DNA of 64,000 nt from a virus (IMGVR_UViG_3300021399_000002:96001-160000), one strand, 5' to 3'. Positions 20,370-31,165 are shown, numbered from the stretch's first letter. A program made the numbers and translations. The notes: generated from the letters alone by a model not told the origin.

Positions 20370-20394
20370 CAAATGTTGAATTTTATGATATAAT
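20366..20394 (+). promoter_or_regulatory. Sigma-A promoter for the DNA polymerase
   Basis: TTGACA-17-TATAAT with extended TG, overlapping the recJ TGA. Confidence 0.75.
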
Positions 20395-20419
20395 AGATAT
20401 AGATAAAGGAAGTGAGTAA

Positions 20420-23400
20420 ATGTCGAAATATCCAGGTAGTATGCATAATCACACGATGTATAGTAACGAAACTCTTCGTGATTGTATTAATCGTGTTGAA
20501 GGCCTAATTGATTTAGCAATTGAACTCGGACACGAATGTATTGCAATCACTGACCATGAAACTATATCAAGTTATATTAAGGCAGAAAAGTATTATAAGA
20601 AAATTAAAGAAACACATCCAGATTTTAAGTTAATTCGCGGTAATGAAATATATCTTACTCGTAATGGTTTAACTGCGAAAAACTTTGATAAAACGAAGGA
20701 TAAATATTTTCACTTTATTCTTCTTGCAAAAGATAAGATTGGATATAAACAAATTTGTCAATTATCTACAAGGGCATGGCAGCGTTCATATATGAGTCGG
20801 CGCCAGCGCAGACGGCCAACTTATTATCAAGATTTAAAAGATATTGTAAAGCCAAATCCAGGGCACTTGATAGCATCAAGTGCTTGTTTGGGTTCTCAAT
20901 TAGATAAATTCTTACTTCAATATATGGATACGGGTGATGAAGAATTTTATGAAACTGCAAAGCGTTGGTGTTTATATATTGAAGATATCTTTGGGAAAGG
21001 TAATTTCTATTTGGAGATGCAACCTTCAAATGGAAAAGAACAAATATTTGTTAATAAGCAATTATTAAAGATTTCAAAAGAACTTGGAATTAAATATATT
21101 ATAACAACTGATAGTCATTATGGGCGGCCGGAAGAAGCTAAAATTCATGAAGCGTTTCTTAATTCACAAGATGGTGATAGAGAAGTTCGTTCATTTTATG
21201 CGACAACATATATGATGAATGACGAAGAAATTCATAGTTTCTTCCCATATTTATCTGAAGAAGAAATTGAAGTCGCGTATGATGCAATTAGAGAGATAAA
21301 AGATAAGTGTGAAGATTTTAGTGTATTGAAACCATTGAAAATCCCAAGTCTTCCATGGCGCGAGTTTGATATGTTTGAAGAAGAAGATTATGAATATTAT
21401 TTTTCAGTAATACCGGAATTAGAAAAATTCTCTTCTTCACTATATAAAGCAGATAGGATATTGGTAGATGCGGTTATCACTGGTATTAAAAAGCATGAAG
21501 ATTTACAAAATGAAGAAGCTTATGCCGCATTAAATGAATGTCTAGAAATGACTTGGATTTCTTCAGAAGTAAATAAAGCACAATGGTCAGCATATTTCTT
21601 AAATCTACAAAAGATTATAGATGAATGTTGGAATGCGGGAACGATTGTATTGCCAGCACGCGGGTCTGGTATGGGATTCGTATTACTTTATGCGCTTGAT
21701 ATTATTCAGATTGATTGCTTGCGTGAGAAAACCCGAACCTACCCTTGGCGCTTTCTTAATCCAGCTCGTGTTTCCGTGCTTGACATTGATGTTGATATTG
21801 AGGGCGTTCGTAGAGCACAGACTTTGGAGCATTTGAGAAAGGTGTATGGAGAAAATCGAGTATCAAATGTTGCTACTTTTAAGACAGAAAAGTCAAAGTC
21901 AGCTATTCAAACTGCTTGTCGCGGTTTAGGTATAGATAATGATGAAGCATCTTATATTTCTAATCTTATTCAGGCAGAGCGCGGTCAGGTTTATACATTA
22001 AAGCAAACTTATTATGGTGATGAAGAAAATGGAATTCCACCAAATCAGACTTTTGTAAATGAAGTTAATAAACATCCTGGACTTTGGGAAGTTGCTCAAA
22101 GAATTGAAGGCTTGATTTGTGGTCAGGGTATTCATGCAGGCGGTGTTGTATTTACAGATGAAGATTTTACAGAATCTAGCGCATTAATGCGCGCGCCCGA
22201 TGGTACAATCATTACACAGTTTGAATTACATGACCTTGAAGATGTTTCAATGATTAAGATGGACTTGTTAAGTGTTGAAGCAGCCGATAAGATTCATACA
22301 TGTTTGGATTTGTTAGTAGAACAGGGATATATTAAGGCTGGTAAAAATCTTAGAGAAACATATGAAAATGCGCTTGGCGTTTATAAAATAAATCGTGATG
22401 ACGAGAAAATGTGGGATATGGTTCAAAATCATGAAATTGTATCTTTGTTTCAAATGGAACAACAGAGTGGCGTGCGCGGTATTTCATTAACACATCCACG
22501 AAGTGTAGACGAACTTGCAGTTCTTAATTCAGTTATTCGTCTAATGGCCACTGAAAAAGGTGCAGAAAGTCCATTGGATAAGTATGCACGATTTAGGGAA
22601 AGGCCGCAAGATTGGGATAAAGAAATGATTCAGATGGGCCTTACAGATGAAGAGCGTAAGATTATGCATCGTGAATTAGATATCTCAGATGGTATGTCAA
22701 TCACACAAGAGCAGTTTATGCAGTTAGTACAATTGCCGGAATGCGGTGGTTGGGACTTACAGTTTGCGGATAAATTAAGAAAGTCTATAGCAAAGAAAAA
22801 TCCTAAAGAGTATGATGCATTAACAAAACAATTCTTTGATAATGTAAAAGAAAAAGGATTGAGCGAAAAGTTTTGTAATTATGTATGGAATATTGAGATT
22901 GCATTGAGCCGTGGATATGGATTTAATGCGGCGCATACATATTCATATTCAATGGTCGCATTACAAGAAATGAATCTTGCACGCTTCTTCCCTATTATAT
23001 TCTGGAATACCGCAAATCTTATTGTAGATAGTGGTGGCATTCAAACTGTTGAATATGATGAAGATGGTGAGGCATCTTTAGTAGTTGAAGCAGAACCAGA
23101 TGAAGATCCAGATGAAGAAGAAGAAGAACAAGAAGAATGGGAAGAAGAGAATGAAGTAACCGAGGGTGAAAAAGAAGATAAGAAAAAAGAGAAAACCAAG
23201 AGTATGGATTATGGTAAGGTTGCATCAGCAATCGGCCGATTTAGTACTTATGGAATTAAAGTTTCGCCGCCGAATATTAATGACTCTTCTTATACTTTCA
23301 CGCCTGTTGTTTCAAAAAATGAAATCTTATATGGACTTCGTGGTATAACAAGGTTATCAATCTCAATTATAAAAGATATTATGGATAAGCGTCCATTTAC

Positions 23401-24391
23401 TTCTATGGATGATTTCTTAGAAAGAGTTAAATTAAATAAGATTCAAATGTCTAACTTAATTAAATGTGGAGCATTTGATGAATTAGTAGGTTTACCTCGT
23501 GAAGAAATTATGGCAAAATATATTGATATGATTGCCGATAAAAAACAGAGATTGACATTACAGAATATGCAAATGCTTATTAATTATGATTTAATTCCAG
23601 AAGAACTTATCTTTTGTAAAAAGTTATTCTTATTTAATAAGTTTTTAAAGCAACAAAAGAAAGTTGAAAATTATCAATTAAATGATGCGGCAATTAACTT
23701 TATTGCGAATAACTTTAGTGCCGATTATATCTCAAATGGTGTAAGTATTTCTGCGGCGGTATGGGATAATCTATACCAGCGTGGTATGGATCCAATGCGT
23801 ATGTACTTAAAGAAAAATAAAGATGAGGTACTGAATAAATTAAACAAAGCATTATATGATGAGATGTTTAATAAATATGCGGCGGGAAATATATCACATT
23901 GGGAAATGGAATCTGTTTCATTTTATAGTCATCCACATGAATTAGCAGATTCTCAATATTTATATGATGATTTCTTTAAATTGCCAGAAGAACCAGAAAT
24001 CGATTATACATTCACTGGCAAAGATGGCAATGAAGTTAGAATATATAAATTAAGACGAATTATTGGCACAGTTATTGATAAAAATAAGATGAAGAATACT
24101 ATAACATTGTTGACGCCAACTGGCGTAGTTAATGTTAAAGTATATAAGAATCAATATGCAATGTTTGATAAACGACTATCTCAGAAAGGTGTTGATGGGC
24201 GCAAACATGTAATAGAAAATAGTTGGTTCTCCAGAGGTACATTATTAATGGTTCAGGGAATCCGGCGCGAAAGCGATTTCATTCCTAAAAAACGAAAAGA
24301 TAGTTTTTATCCTGTAATTTCTAAAATTACAGCAATACATGATGATGGAACTTTAGAGTTCCAGACAGAACGAGTTGAGGTGAATGAATGA
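20420..24391 (+). CDS. dnaE: DNA polymerase III alpha subunit (family C)
   Basis: PHP HNHT, ITDHE, SACL, TDSHY; ARGSG, LDIDVDI, HAGGVV, KMDLL, YGFNAAH; C-terminal OB fold. Confidence 0.95.
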   Translation: MSKYPGSMHNHTMYSNETLRDCINRVEGLIDLAIELGHECIAITDHETISSYIKAEKYYKKIKETHPDFKLIRGNEIYLTRNGLTAKNFDKTKDKYFHFILLAKDKIGYKQICQLSTRAWQRSYMSRRQRRRPTYYQDLKDIVKPNPGHLIASSACLGSQLDKFLLQYMDTGDEEFYETAKRWCLYIEDIFGKGNFYLEMQPSNGKEQIFVNKQLLKISKELGIKYIITTDSHYGRPEEAKIHEAFLNSQDGDREVRSFYATTYMMNDEEIHSFFPYLSEEEIEVAYDAIREIKDKCEDFSVLKPLKIPSLPWREFDMFEEEDYEYYFSVIPELEKFSSSLYKADRILVDAVITGIKKHEDLQNEEAYAALNECLEMTWISSEVNKAQWSAYFLNLQKIIDECWNAGTIVLPARGSGMGFVLLYALDIIQIDCLREKTRTYPWRFLNPARVSVLDIDVDIEGVRRAQTLEHLRKVYGENRVSNVATFKTEKSKSAIQTACRGLGIDNDEASYISNLIQAERGQVYTLKQTYYGDEENGIPPNQTFVNEVNKHPGLWEVAQRIEGLICGQGIHAGGVVFTDEDFTESSALMRAPDGTIITQFELHDLEDVSMIKMDLLSVEAADKIHTCLDLLVEQGYIKAGKNLRETYENALGVYKINRDDEKMWDMVQNHEIVSLFQMEQQSGVRGISLTHPRSVDELAVLNSVIRLMATEKGAESPLDKYARFRERPQDWDKEMIQMGLTDEERKIMHRELDISDGMSITQEQFMQLVQLPECGGWDLQFADKLRKSIAKKNPKEYDALTKQFFDNVKEKGLSEKFCNYVWNIEIALSRGYGFNAAHTYSYSMVALQEMNLARFFPIIFWNTANLIVDSGGIQTVEYDEDGEASLVVEAEPDEDPDEEEEEQEEWEEENEVTEGEKEDKKKEKTKSMDYGKVASAIGRFSTYGIKVSPPNINDSSYTFTPVVSKNEILYGLRGITRLSISIIKDIMDKRPFTSMDDFLERVKLNKIQMSNLIKCGAFDELVGLPREEIMAKYIDMIADKKQRLTLQNMQMLINYDLIPEELIFCKKLFLFNKFLKQQKKVENYQLNDAAINFIANNFSADYISNGVSISAAVWDNLYQRGMDPMRMYLKKNKDEVLNKLNKALYDEMFNKYAAGNISHWEMESVSFYSHPHELADSQYLYDDFFKLPEEPEIDYTFTGKDGNEVRIYKLRRIIGTVIDKNKMKNTITLLTPTGVVNVKVYKNQYAMFDKRLSQKGVDGRKHVIENSWFSRGTLLMVQGIRRESDFIPKKRKDSFYPVISKITAIHDDGTLEFQTERVEVNE

Positions 24392-25491
24392 TGATTGGCT
24401 TAGTAGATCTTTAGTTACAGAGTTGGCCAAAATCTCAACTTTGTCCTCCTAATCTTGAGATAATGAAGTTAGCTAATTATTATCAAACAGAAGAAAATAA
24501 GTTTTGTCGTTTAATAAATTTAGATGAAACTGAATTAACTAATTATGAAAAAATTTATATATTTAGTGAATCTAAAGAATATACTACGGTGCCCGAGGCT
24601 TTTCTTCGGGCGCCTAATGTGGTATACGGCGGTACTGCTTTTACAAATGGTATATATGTACCATTTAAAAATAAATTAATTGACTTTACATTACCACGCA
24701 CTCGTATATATCAAAATTTTCTTAAAGATAAGCGTATTGCAGGATTAGATGATAAAGAAATTGGAAAATTATTAGACAATTCTTATTATAGATGGCACGC
24801 GGGCAATGAAGTATTGCCGCTCCCTGCTGTTCATAAAAGACATAGATTTTATATTTATGATAATGATTTCTTTCAAGAGGGATGGAGAGAAGTTATTGAT
24901 AAAATCATGCAGCGAACTCCATCTTCAATACAATTTATTCATCCAGCACATTATAAGAAAATTTCAGACTTTTTGGAAGTGCGTGAAAATAGTTTAATTG
25001 CTCGCGGAAATGATGCATATTTAGATTTAAAGATTCCATTAAAAGAAACGCCAATTTTAATGAAACATTATAAGAACAGATTACTTGCAGTAATTCCGCC
25101 AAGTTCACAAGTTTACTTATCACTTGGTGGCTCATTCCACTATCAATCAGACTATTTTAAAGATATTATTTATAAACTTAATTTATTGTATGTATTTTGG
25201 AGTTGTGGTATTCCATTGAAAATAAAATATGAAGAGCCATCAATAGAATGCTATAACCCAATTACAGATATATCCAAGCTAATTGCAACTTGGACGCAAG
25301 GTGAAACAAGTAAATCTAAATCTATAGTAGAAAGGATTCCTAAAGACAAACGTATGACTGAAATTCGCCCCGAGCGCGAACAGCTTGAAATTATAATAAA
25401 AAAATATCCTTCTCAAAAGAACTTGTTTTATCAAAGCATGGAAACGGTTAAACAAGGAGGTTTTTGGAAATATGGAAACTACAGAAGTTAA
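24388..25491 (+). CDS. Degenerate radical-SAM-like protein; one TAG near the N-terminus
   Basis: MIGLVDL(TAG)...PNLEIMKLANYY...YGGTAF...YDNDF resembles the phage IGLID...PNLALMK radical SAM family, but no CxxxCxxC. Confidence 0.5.
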
Positions 25492-25678
25492 AAAGAAGTA
25501 TGCAGAATTAAGTGCAGAATTAAAAAAAGAATTAAGTAGAATGCAGCGTACTGATAGGGTATTTACTATTAGAAATGAAATTAAAGCATTACAAGCACTA
25601 TGTACACATGATATAGGGAATTATGATTTTTCTAATGCTGATGAATGCCCCTATTGTGGAAAAAAGTTTAAGGGGTGA
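25472..25678 (+). CDS. Small coiled-coil/Zn-binding protein
   Basis: CTH...ECPYCGK; AGGAGG RBS. Confidence 0.65.
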   Translation: METTEVKKKYAELSAELKKELSRMQRTDRVFTIRNEIKALQALCTHDIGNYDFSNADECPYCGKKFKG

Positions 25679-25683
25679 TTCAT

Positions 25684-27975
25684 ATGAAATTACAAATTCG
25701 TAAACGCACTGGGCAATTAGTACCATTTGATAAAGAAAAAATTCAAACAGCCATATGTAAAGCATGGCATGAAATTTATCCAACAGAAAAAGGATTTCCA
25801 CCTTATGCCGAAGAAATTGCAGATGAAGTAGAATATGTTGCTCATGAAATGGATGAACCTTTAGGTGTAGAAGATATTCAAGAATTAGTTGAAGATTATC
25901 TTACAGATTATGATTTAAAAGTTGGTAAAGCATATATTAAGTATCGCTATAAACATGGCATTATGCGCGCAAATTCAACCGAATTCATTCGAGCTATTAG
26001 CGAAAAACTTCAAGCATCCAATGTGCAAAATCAAAATGCAAATATAGATGAACATTCATTTGGCGGCCGCGTTGGCGAAGCATCTGATGAAATGATGAAG
26101 CAATATGCACTTGATTATTGTATGTCAGAAATGGCCCGTAACAATCATTTAAATAATGAGATTTATATTCACGATTTAAGTGCCTATGCAGTAGGTATGC
26201 ATAATTGTTTAAGTATCCCATTTGATGATTTATTAGCAAAGGGCTTTAACACTAGGCAAACAGATGTTCGCCCTGCTAATTCTATTAATACTGCTTTCCA
26301 GCTTGTAGCAGTTATCTTCCAACTACAATCTTTAATGCAGTTTGGCGGCGTTAGTGCTACACATTTGGATTGGACTATGGTTCCTTATGTGAGGAAGAGT
26401 TTTTGGAAACATTTTAAAGATGGATTAAAATGGTTTGATGAAGGAAATGAAGCACATTATTTTGCCAATGTAGATATTAGTAAAATGCCTATTGAACCTT
26501 ATCATAATTTAACAGTTGATGAAGATGTGCTTCCTTTAGTACAAACTGCGCAAGTAACAAAAGCTTATAAATATGCAATAGAAATGACTGAGCGCGAATT
26601 GCAGCAGGCAGTCGAGGGCATGTATCATAACCTTAACACGCTCCAATCCAGAAGCGGAAATCAGTTGCCTTTCACATCTATTAACTATGGCACCTGTACG
26701 CTACCGGAAGGTCGTATGGTAATTAAGGCATTGCTAGAAGGTTCTATTAAAGGCGTTGGTAAATTTCATAAGACTCCGATCTTTCCATGTGGTATTTTTC
26801 AATGTATGAAAGGTGTCAATAGAGCACCTGGGGATCCAAATTATGATCTATTTAGATTAGCCCTAGAATCTACAGCTAAGCGTATTTATCCTAACTATGC
26901 AAATGTTGACTGGAGTAATGCGGCTGGATATGATATAAATGATCCTCGTACTTACTTTTCTACAATGGGTTGTAGAACCGCAAACCTTGCTGATATCAAT
27001 GCAGAACCTGGCACCAATCCTCAAATGAAAGATGGCCGTGGTAATATTTGTCCTGTTACTATTATTATGCCAACATTAGCGATGGAGGCAAAGGAAAAAT
27101 GTAAAAAAGCCACTCTTTCTGATGGCAGCACGATTACATTTGAAGGATATATAATAGACGAATTTATGCAATTATTAGATGAAAAAATTCATGAAGCTAA
27201 AGATATGCTTCTGGAACGTTTTGAATGGATTTGTAAACAGTCTCCCGCATCCGCGAAGTTTATGTATGAAAATAATACTATGCTTGGCTATCATCCAGAA
27301 GAAGGTATTCGCTCTGCATTGAAGCATGGCACCATTGTTATTGGACAACTAGGACTCGCGGAAACCCTTCAAATTCTAATTGGTTGCGATCACACTACTG
27401 AAAAAGGAATGGAACTTGCCAAGAGAATTGAGCAACTATTTAAAGACAGATGCGCAGAGTTTAAGAAAGAATATAAATTAAACTTTGGTGTATATTATAC
27501 CCCTGCCGAAAATCTCTGCTACACCGCAATGAAGAAGTTCAAGGCAAAATATGGCGAAATTCCAAATATTTCCGACCGTGAATATTTTACTAATAGTATT
27601 CATGTCCCAGTATGGCATGATATTTCAATCTTTGACAAAATTGATATTGAGAGTCAATTAACGGGTTATTCTAGCGCCGGATGTATTACATATGTAGAAG
27701 TACCATCTGGAGTAAAGAATAACATTGATGCTCTTGAAATCATTGTAAACTATGCTATGGATCATGATATCCCGTATTTCGCTTTGAACATACCCCTAGA
27801 TATGTGTAATGACTGTGGTTATCAGGATGAAATTGGTGAAAGCTGTCCTGAATGTGGCAGTAAGAATATTTCAAGACTTAGACGCGTAACTGGATATCTT
27901 ACTGGTTCTTATAAAGATGCTTTTAATCTTGGAAAGCAAGCTGAAACAGAAGAAAGAGTAAAACATATTCATTGA
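25684..27975 (+). CDS. nrdD: Anaerobic (class III) ribonucleotide reductase with ATP cone
   Basis: KRTGQLVPFD ATP cone, HNC, TMGCRT, TPAENL, CNDC/CPEC, RRVTGYL glycyl-radical motif. Confidence 0.95.
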   Translation: MKLQIRKRTGQLVPFDKEKIQTAICKAWHEIYPTEKGFPPYAEEIADEVEYVAHEMDEPLGVEDIQELVEDYLTDYDLKVGKAYIKYRYKHGIMRANSTEFIRAISEKLQASNVQNQNANIDEHSFGGRVGEASDEMMKQYALDYCMSEMARNNHLNNEIYIHDLSAYAVGMHNCLSIPFDDLLAKGFNTRQTDVRPANSINTAFQLVAVIFQLQSLMQFGGVSATHLDWTMVPYVRKSFWKHFKDGLKWFDEGNEAHYFANVDISKMPIEPYHNLTVDEDVLPLVQTAQVTKAYKYAIEMTERELQQAVEGMYHNLNTLQSRSGNQLPFTSINYGTCTLPEGRMVIKALLEGSIKGVGKFHKTPIFPCGIFQCMKGVNRAPGDPNYDLFRLALESTAKRIYPNYANVDWSNAAGYDINDPRTYFSTMGCRTANLADINAEPGTNPQMKDGRGNICPVTIIMPTLAMEAKEKCKKATLSDGSTITFEGYIIDEFMQLLDEKIHEAKDMLLERFEWICKQSPASAKFMYENNTMLGYHPEEGIRSALKHGTIVIGQLGLAETLQILIGCDHTTEKGMELAKRIEQLFKDRCAEFKKEYKLNFGVYYTPAENLCYTAMKKFKAKYGEIPNISDREYFTNSIHVPVWHDISIFDKIDIESQLTGYSSAGCITYVEVPSGVKNNIDALEIIVNYAMDHDIPYFALNIPLDMCNDCGYQDEIGESCPECGSKNISRLRRVTGYLTGSYKDAFNLGKQAETEERVKHIH

Positions 27976-27984
27976 GGTGATTAT

Positions 27985-28104
27985 ATGACTAAATTAGAAG
28001 ATATTATTGAAACTGATATTGGTACAATAGAAATATGGTCGCAAGATGAATTTGAATATTATCCTCCATATATAAAATCATAGGAGGATGATAATAATGA
28101 GTAA
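27985..28104 (+). CDS. Small acidic hypothetical protein; one TAG
   Basis: GAGGTG RBS; read-through end overlaps the nrdG start. Confidence 0.4.
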
Positions 28105-28591
28105 AATCGCAGGAATCTATTGGGATGATACCGCGGCGGCACCAGGTATCTCCCTTTCAGTGTATTTTTCGGGATGTCATTTCCATTGCCCCGGATGTCA
28201 TAATCCCGAAGCACAAGATTTTAATTATGGTAAAGAATTTACCTGGGATTATATTAATGAAATTTTACATAAAATAAAAAAGAATGGCGTAATGCGAACT
28301 TTAAGTATTCTTGGCGGTGAGCCATTAAATAATGAAAATATTGATGCTGTAAAGCAATTAATCGGGTGGTGTAAACATGATTTTCCAGATTTAAAAATTT
28401 ATGTCTGGACTGGTTATACTATAGAAGAATTAGAAAAGCGAGATGATGATGATGTTAGAACGGTCCTCCGAAATATAACCTGTTTAATAGACGGGCGATA
28501 TGAGGAGGATAAAAGAGACACGACGTTGCCGCTACGTGGTTCTTCAAACCAGCGAATCATTATGATGGAGGATTATTTAAATGGCCATTAA
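28097..28591 (+). CDS. nrdG: Anaerobic RNR activase (radical SAM)
   Basis: GCHFHCPGCHN, LGGEP, WTGY, IDGRY, RGSSNQR. Confidence 0.95.
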   Translation: MSKIAGIYWDDTAAAPGISLSVYFSGCHFHCPGCHNPEAQDFNYGKEFTWDYINEILHKIKKNGVMRTLSILGGEPLNNENIDAVKQLIGWCKHDFPDLKIYVWTGYTIEELEKRDDDDVRTVLRNITCLIDGRYEEDKRDTTLPLRGSSNQRIIMMEDYLNGH

Positions 28592-29144
28592 ATTATCAAG
28601 AGCAATATTTGCAGGTATGGCTATCGCGCTTGGAGGTTGGGCGTTCTTATCAGCGTCCAATCCTCTTGTAGGCGCAGTAATATTTGCCTGCGGATTACTT
28701 ACTGTAAGAATTTATAATTTACATTTATTTACTGGTAAGGTTCAATTTATGCTTACCAAAGAAAATCCTTGGTATTATTATCCATTGATACTTTTATGTA
28801 ATTTTTTTGGAGTGGCTATAATTGCTAGTTTATCACATATGGTGGTACATGATGCTGCCATAGCAGTAGCAACAGCCAAGAGTGCTCAAACAATATCAGC
28901 AGCATTAGCAAAAGGAATTGGTTGCGGAATGCTAATGTCTTTTGCAACCTATAAGAATACTCCACTTTGGGCGACGGTACTTGGAGTAGCAACTTTTATT
29001 ATAGCTGGCTTTAACCATTGTATTGCCGATTTCTACTATATGTTAGTAGGCGGTCAATTTAGTATAAATCTATTATTTACTATTTCAGGAAATATTATTG
29101 GTGGTATCTTATTTAGCGCACAAAAATTAAAATCTAATATTTGA
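28581..29144 (+). CDS. Formate/nitrite transporter (FNT) family channel
   Basis: AGMAIALG, LFTG, GIGCGML, GFNHCIAD, GNIIGG signature motifs; several hydrophobic helices. Confidence 0.85.
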   Translation: MAIKLSRAIFAGMAIALGGWAFLSASNPLVGAVIFACGLLTVRIYNLHLFTGKVQFMLTKENPWYYYPLILLCNFFGVAIIASLSHMVVHDAAIAVATAKSAQTISAALAKGIGCGMLMSFATYKNTPLWATVLGVATFIIAGFNHCIADFYYMLVGGQFSINLLFTISGNIIGGILFSAQKLKSNI

Positions 29145-29169
29145 CAAACTCCCAGAAATCTGATATAAT
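29141..29169 (+). promoter_or_regulatory. Sigma-A promoter
   Basis: TTGACA-17-TATAAT with extended TG, overlapping the FNT TGA. Confidence 0.75.
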
Positions 29170-29197
29170 TAAGTATAAAAGAAGAGTGGTGATATAA

Positions 29198-30232
29198 ATG
29201 ACATACGCACTTATCGGTTGCTTAATTATAATTGGATTTCTGGGAGTTAAACTTTATTAGAAACAGAAAATTGATAAAGCTGTTTTAGAAAAATATAAAG
29301 CAGATATAGAAACAGTTCGTAATGAATTACATAATGTTGAAGTAGAATCATTGGCTATGATTCAAAAGTCTGTTAAATGTAAAGCAGAATACGAAGATTA
29401 TAAGAAAAAGCGTGAATATGAAGAATATAGACTTGAGGAATGTAAGAAAGATCTTCAAGCAGCACTGGATACTTATCATGATATTACTGATAATAAATTA
29501 AAAGAAATTGATAATTCTATTGAAGAATAGCGGCAAAAGCGCTAGCAAGAATTAGATTTGGCACTAGAAGAAAAATAGAATTATTATAATAAATTGCTTG
29601 AAGATACTATTAATCAATGCAATCTATAGGATGAAACAATTAAAGAAGCTTCAGAAGCTAAATGGCGCGAAGCTATGGAACAAATTGAACAATATAATAA
29701 TTCCATAGCAGAAGTTAAAGAACGATTTGAAAGTATTGAACAAACTTTAGCTTAGTATGAGAAAGATAAACAAGCAAAGTTATTTTATACTATTCAATTG
29801 CCTGATGAATATAAAGATGATATTGAGTTTTTGCTAACGACCGTTTCTATGAAAGTGCAACATCCAGATATCATTTCTAAGTTAGTTTGGGCAGAATATG
29901 TTAAACCAAATTTAGATGATACATTCAAACGAATTGAAATTAAATCAGAGCCGGGAATTTATAAAATAACTAATATAGATACTGGTAAATGCTATATTGG
30001 AAAGAGTACTAATGTAAAGACTCGTATTGCCGACCACTTTAAAAGCGCAATTGGAATTAAGTCAATAGCCGATTAGGCAGTGCATCATGCTATACTAAAA
30101 GAAGGATTTTGGAATTGGTAGATTGAAATTATTACTTATTGTGATAAGGATAAATTAAGTGAATTAGAAAAATATTATATAGAGTTCTTTAAATCATAGG
30201 AATTTGGATATAATAAAAATGCAGGAGGCTAA
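29198..30232 (+). CDS. Membrane-anchored coiled-coil protein with C-terminal GIY-YIG nuclease (about 9 TAG)
   Basis: MTYALIGCLIIIGFLGVKLY TM helix; long E/K/Q coiled coil; PGIYKITNIDTGKCYIGKS...RIADH...ELEKYYI...GYN. Confidence 0.8.
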
Positions 30233-30233
30233 T

Positions 30234-30593
30234 ATGGAATACGCATCAAAAGAAATTCCAAATGTAAGATTAGTTTTCTTAAATAATGGAACTTAGGTTA
30301 GAGTAATTGATATAGAAACTATTGTTGACTATACAGAAGATATAGAAACAAATACAGAATTAGATGGTGCTCAAATTTATTTTGCTACTATTGATACTGA
30401 TGATTTTGATTTTATAGAATCAAAACAATATACAGAAATTTTATTATATCGTTGCTTAATTATGAGGAATTGCGATAACTATGAAGATAAATTATATTTT
30501 CCTCCCACCCTTACTTTTCATAAATTAAATTTTGAATATAGCCTAAATGCAGAAGGAGACCCTACACGATGGATGATAAGATTGAGCAATTAA
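30234..30593 (+). CDS. Hypothetical protein; one TAG
   Basis: AGGAGG RBS; 119 codons open under TAG read-through. Confidence 0.55.
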
Positions 30594-30973
30594 ATACAGA
30601 AGAGCCTCTAACTTGTCAAGAATTGATTGAACGCTATGCTAAAATACAAAATATCAGTACTGAGGAAGCATATGAACAGGTTGGCGCGGATACACCCGAA
30701 GAGGTACTAAAAAAGATCCAAGACAAAACTATTGAAAAAATTAACTCAACTAGAGTACCAATGAATAGAGCACAGAGGCGCGCATTAAAGAAGAAAGTTG
30801 GCGCGAAAAAGTACGCTGAAATGATTAATGAAAGTGGAGATGCAGTTGGCGCTGTGAGCGAGACTGCAAAGAAACTTAATTATATTGATTTGATACAAAA
30901 ACTAAGAAAATTAAACGAAGAAAAAGAAAAGGAGATTAAAGAAAATGGCGAGACAGCTACTGAAGACAACTGA
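30569..30973 (+). CDS. Hypothetical protein
   Basis: AAGGAG RBS; NRAQRR motif. Confidence 0.7.
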   Translation: MDDKIEQLNTEEPLTCQELIERYAKIQNISTEEAYEQVGADTPEEVLKKIQDKTIEKINSTRVPMNRAQRRALKKKVGAKKYAEMINESGDAVGAVSETAKKLNYIDLIQKLRKLNEEKEKEIKENGETATEDN

Positions 30974-31154
30974 TGTATGGCGTGTGGATACTGAGGAAGA
31001 AGCTATGGAAATGATTGAAGATGCTAAAGATAGCCAGGCAGCCGGCGGATATACACTAACTAAATCTGGATATGTAGTAAAAACAAAGAAATCCAAAGGA
31101 GAAATAGTTGATATGTGGATGGTTGTTACAACAGAAAAAACATTCAGCGATTGA
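30945..31154 (+). CDS. Hypothetical protein
   Basis: AAGGAG RBS. Confidence 0.7.
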   Translation: MARQLLKTTDVWRVDTEEEAMEMIEDAKDSQAAGGYTLTKSGYVVKTKKSKGEIVDMWMVVTTEKTFSD

Positions 31155-31165
31155 GGTGAAAGGAA

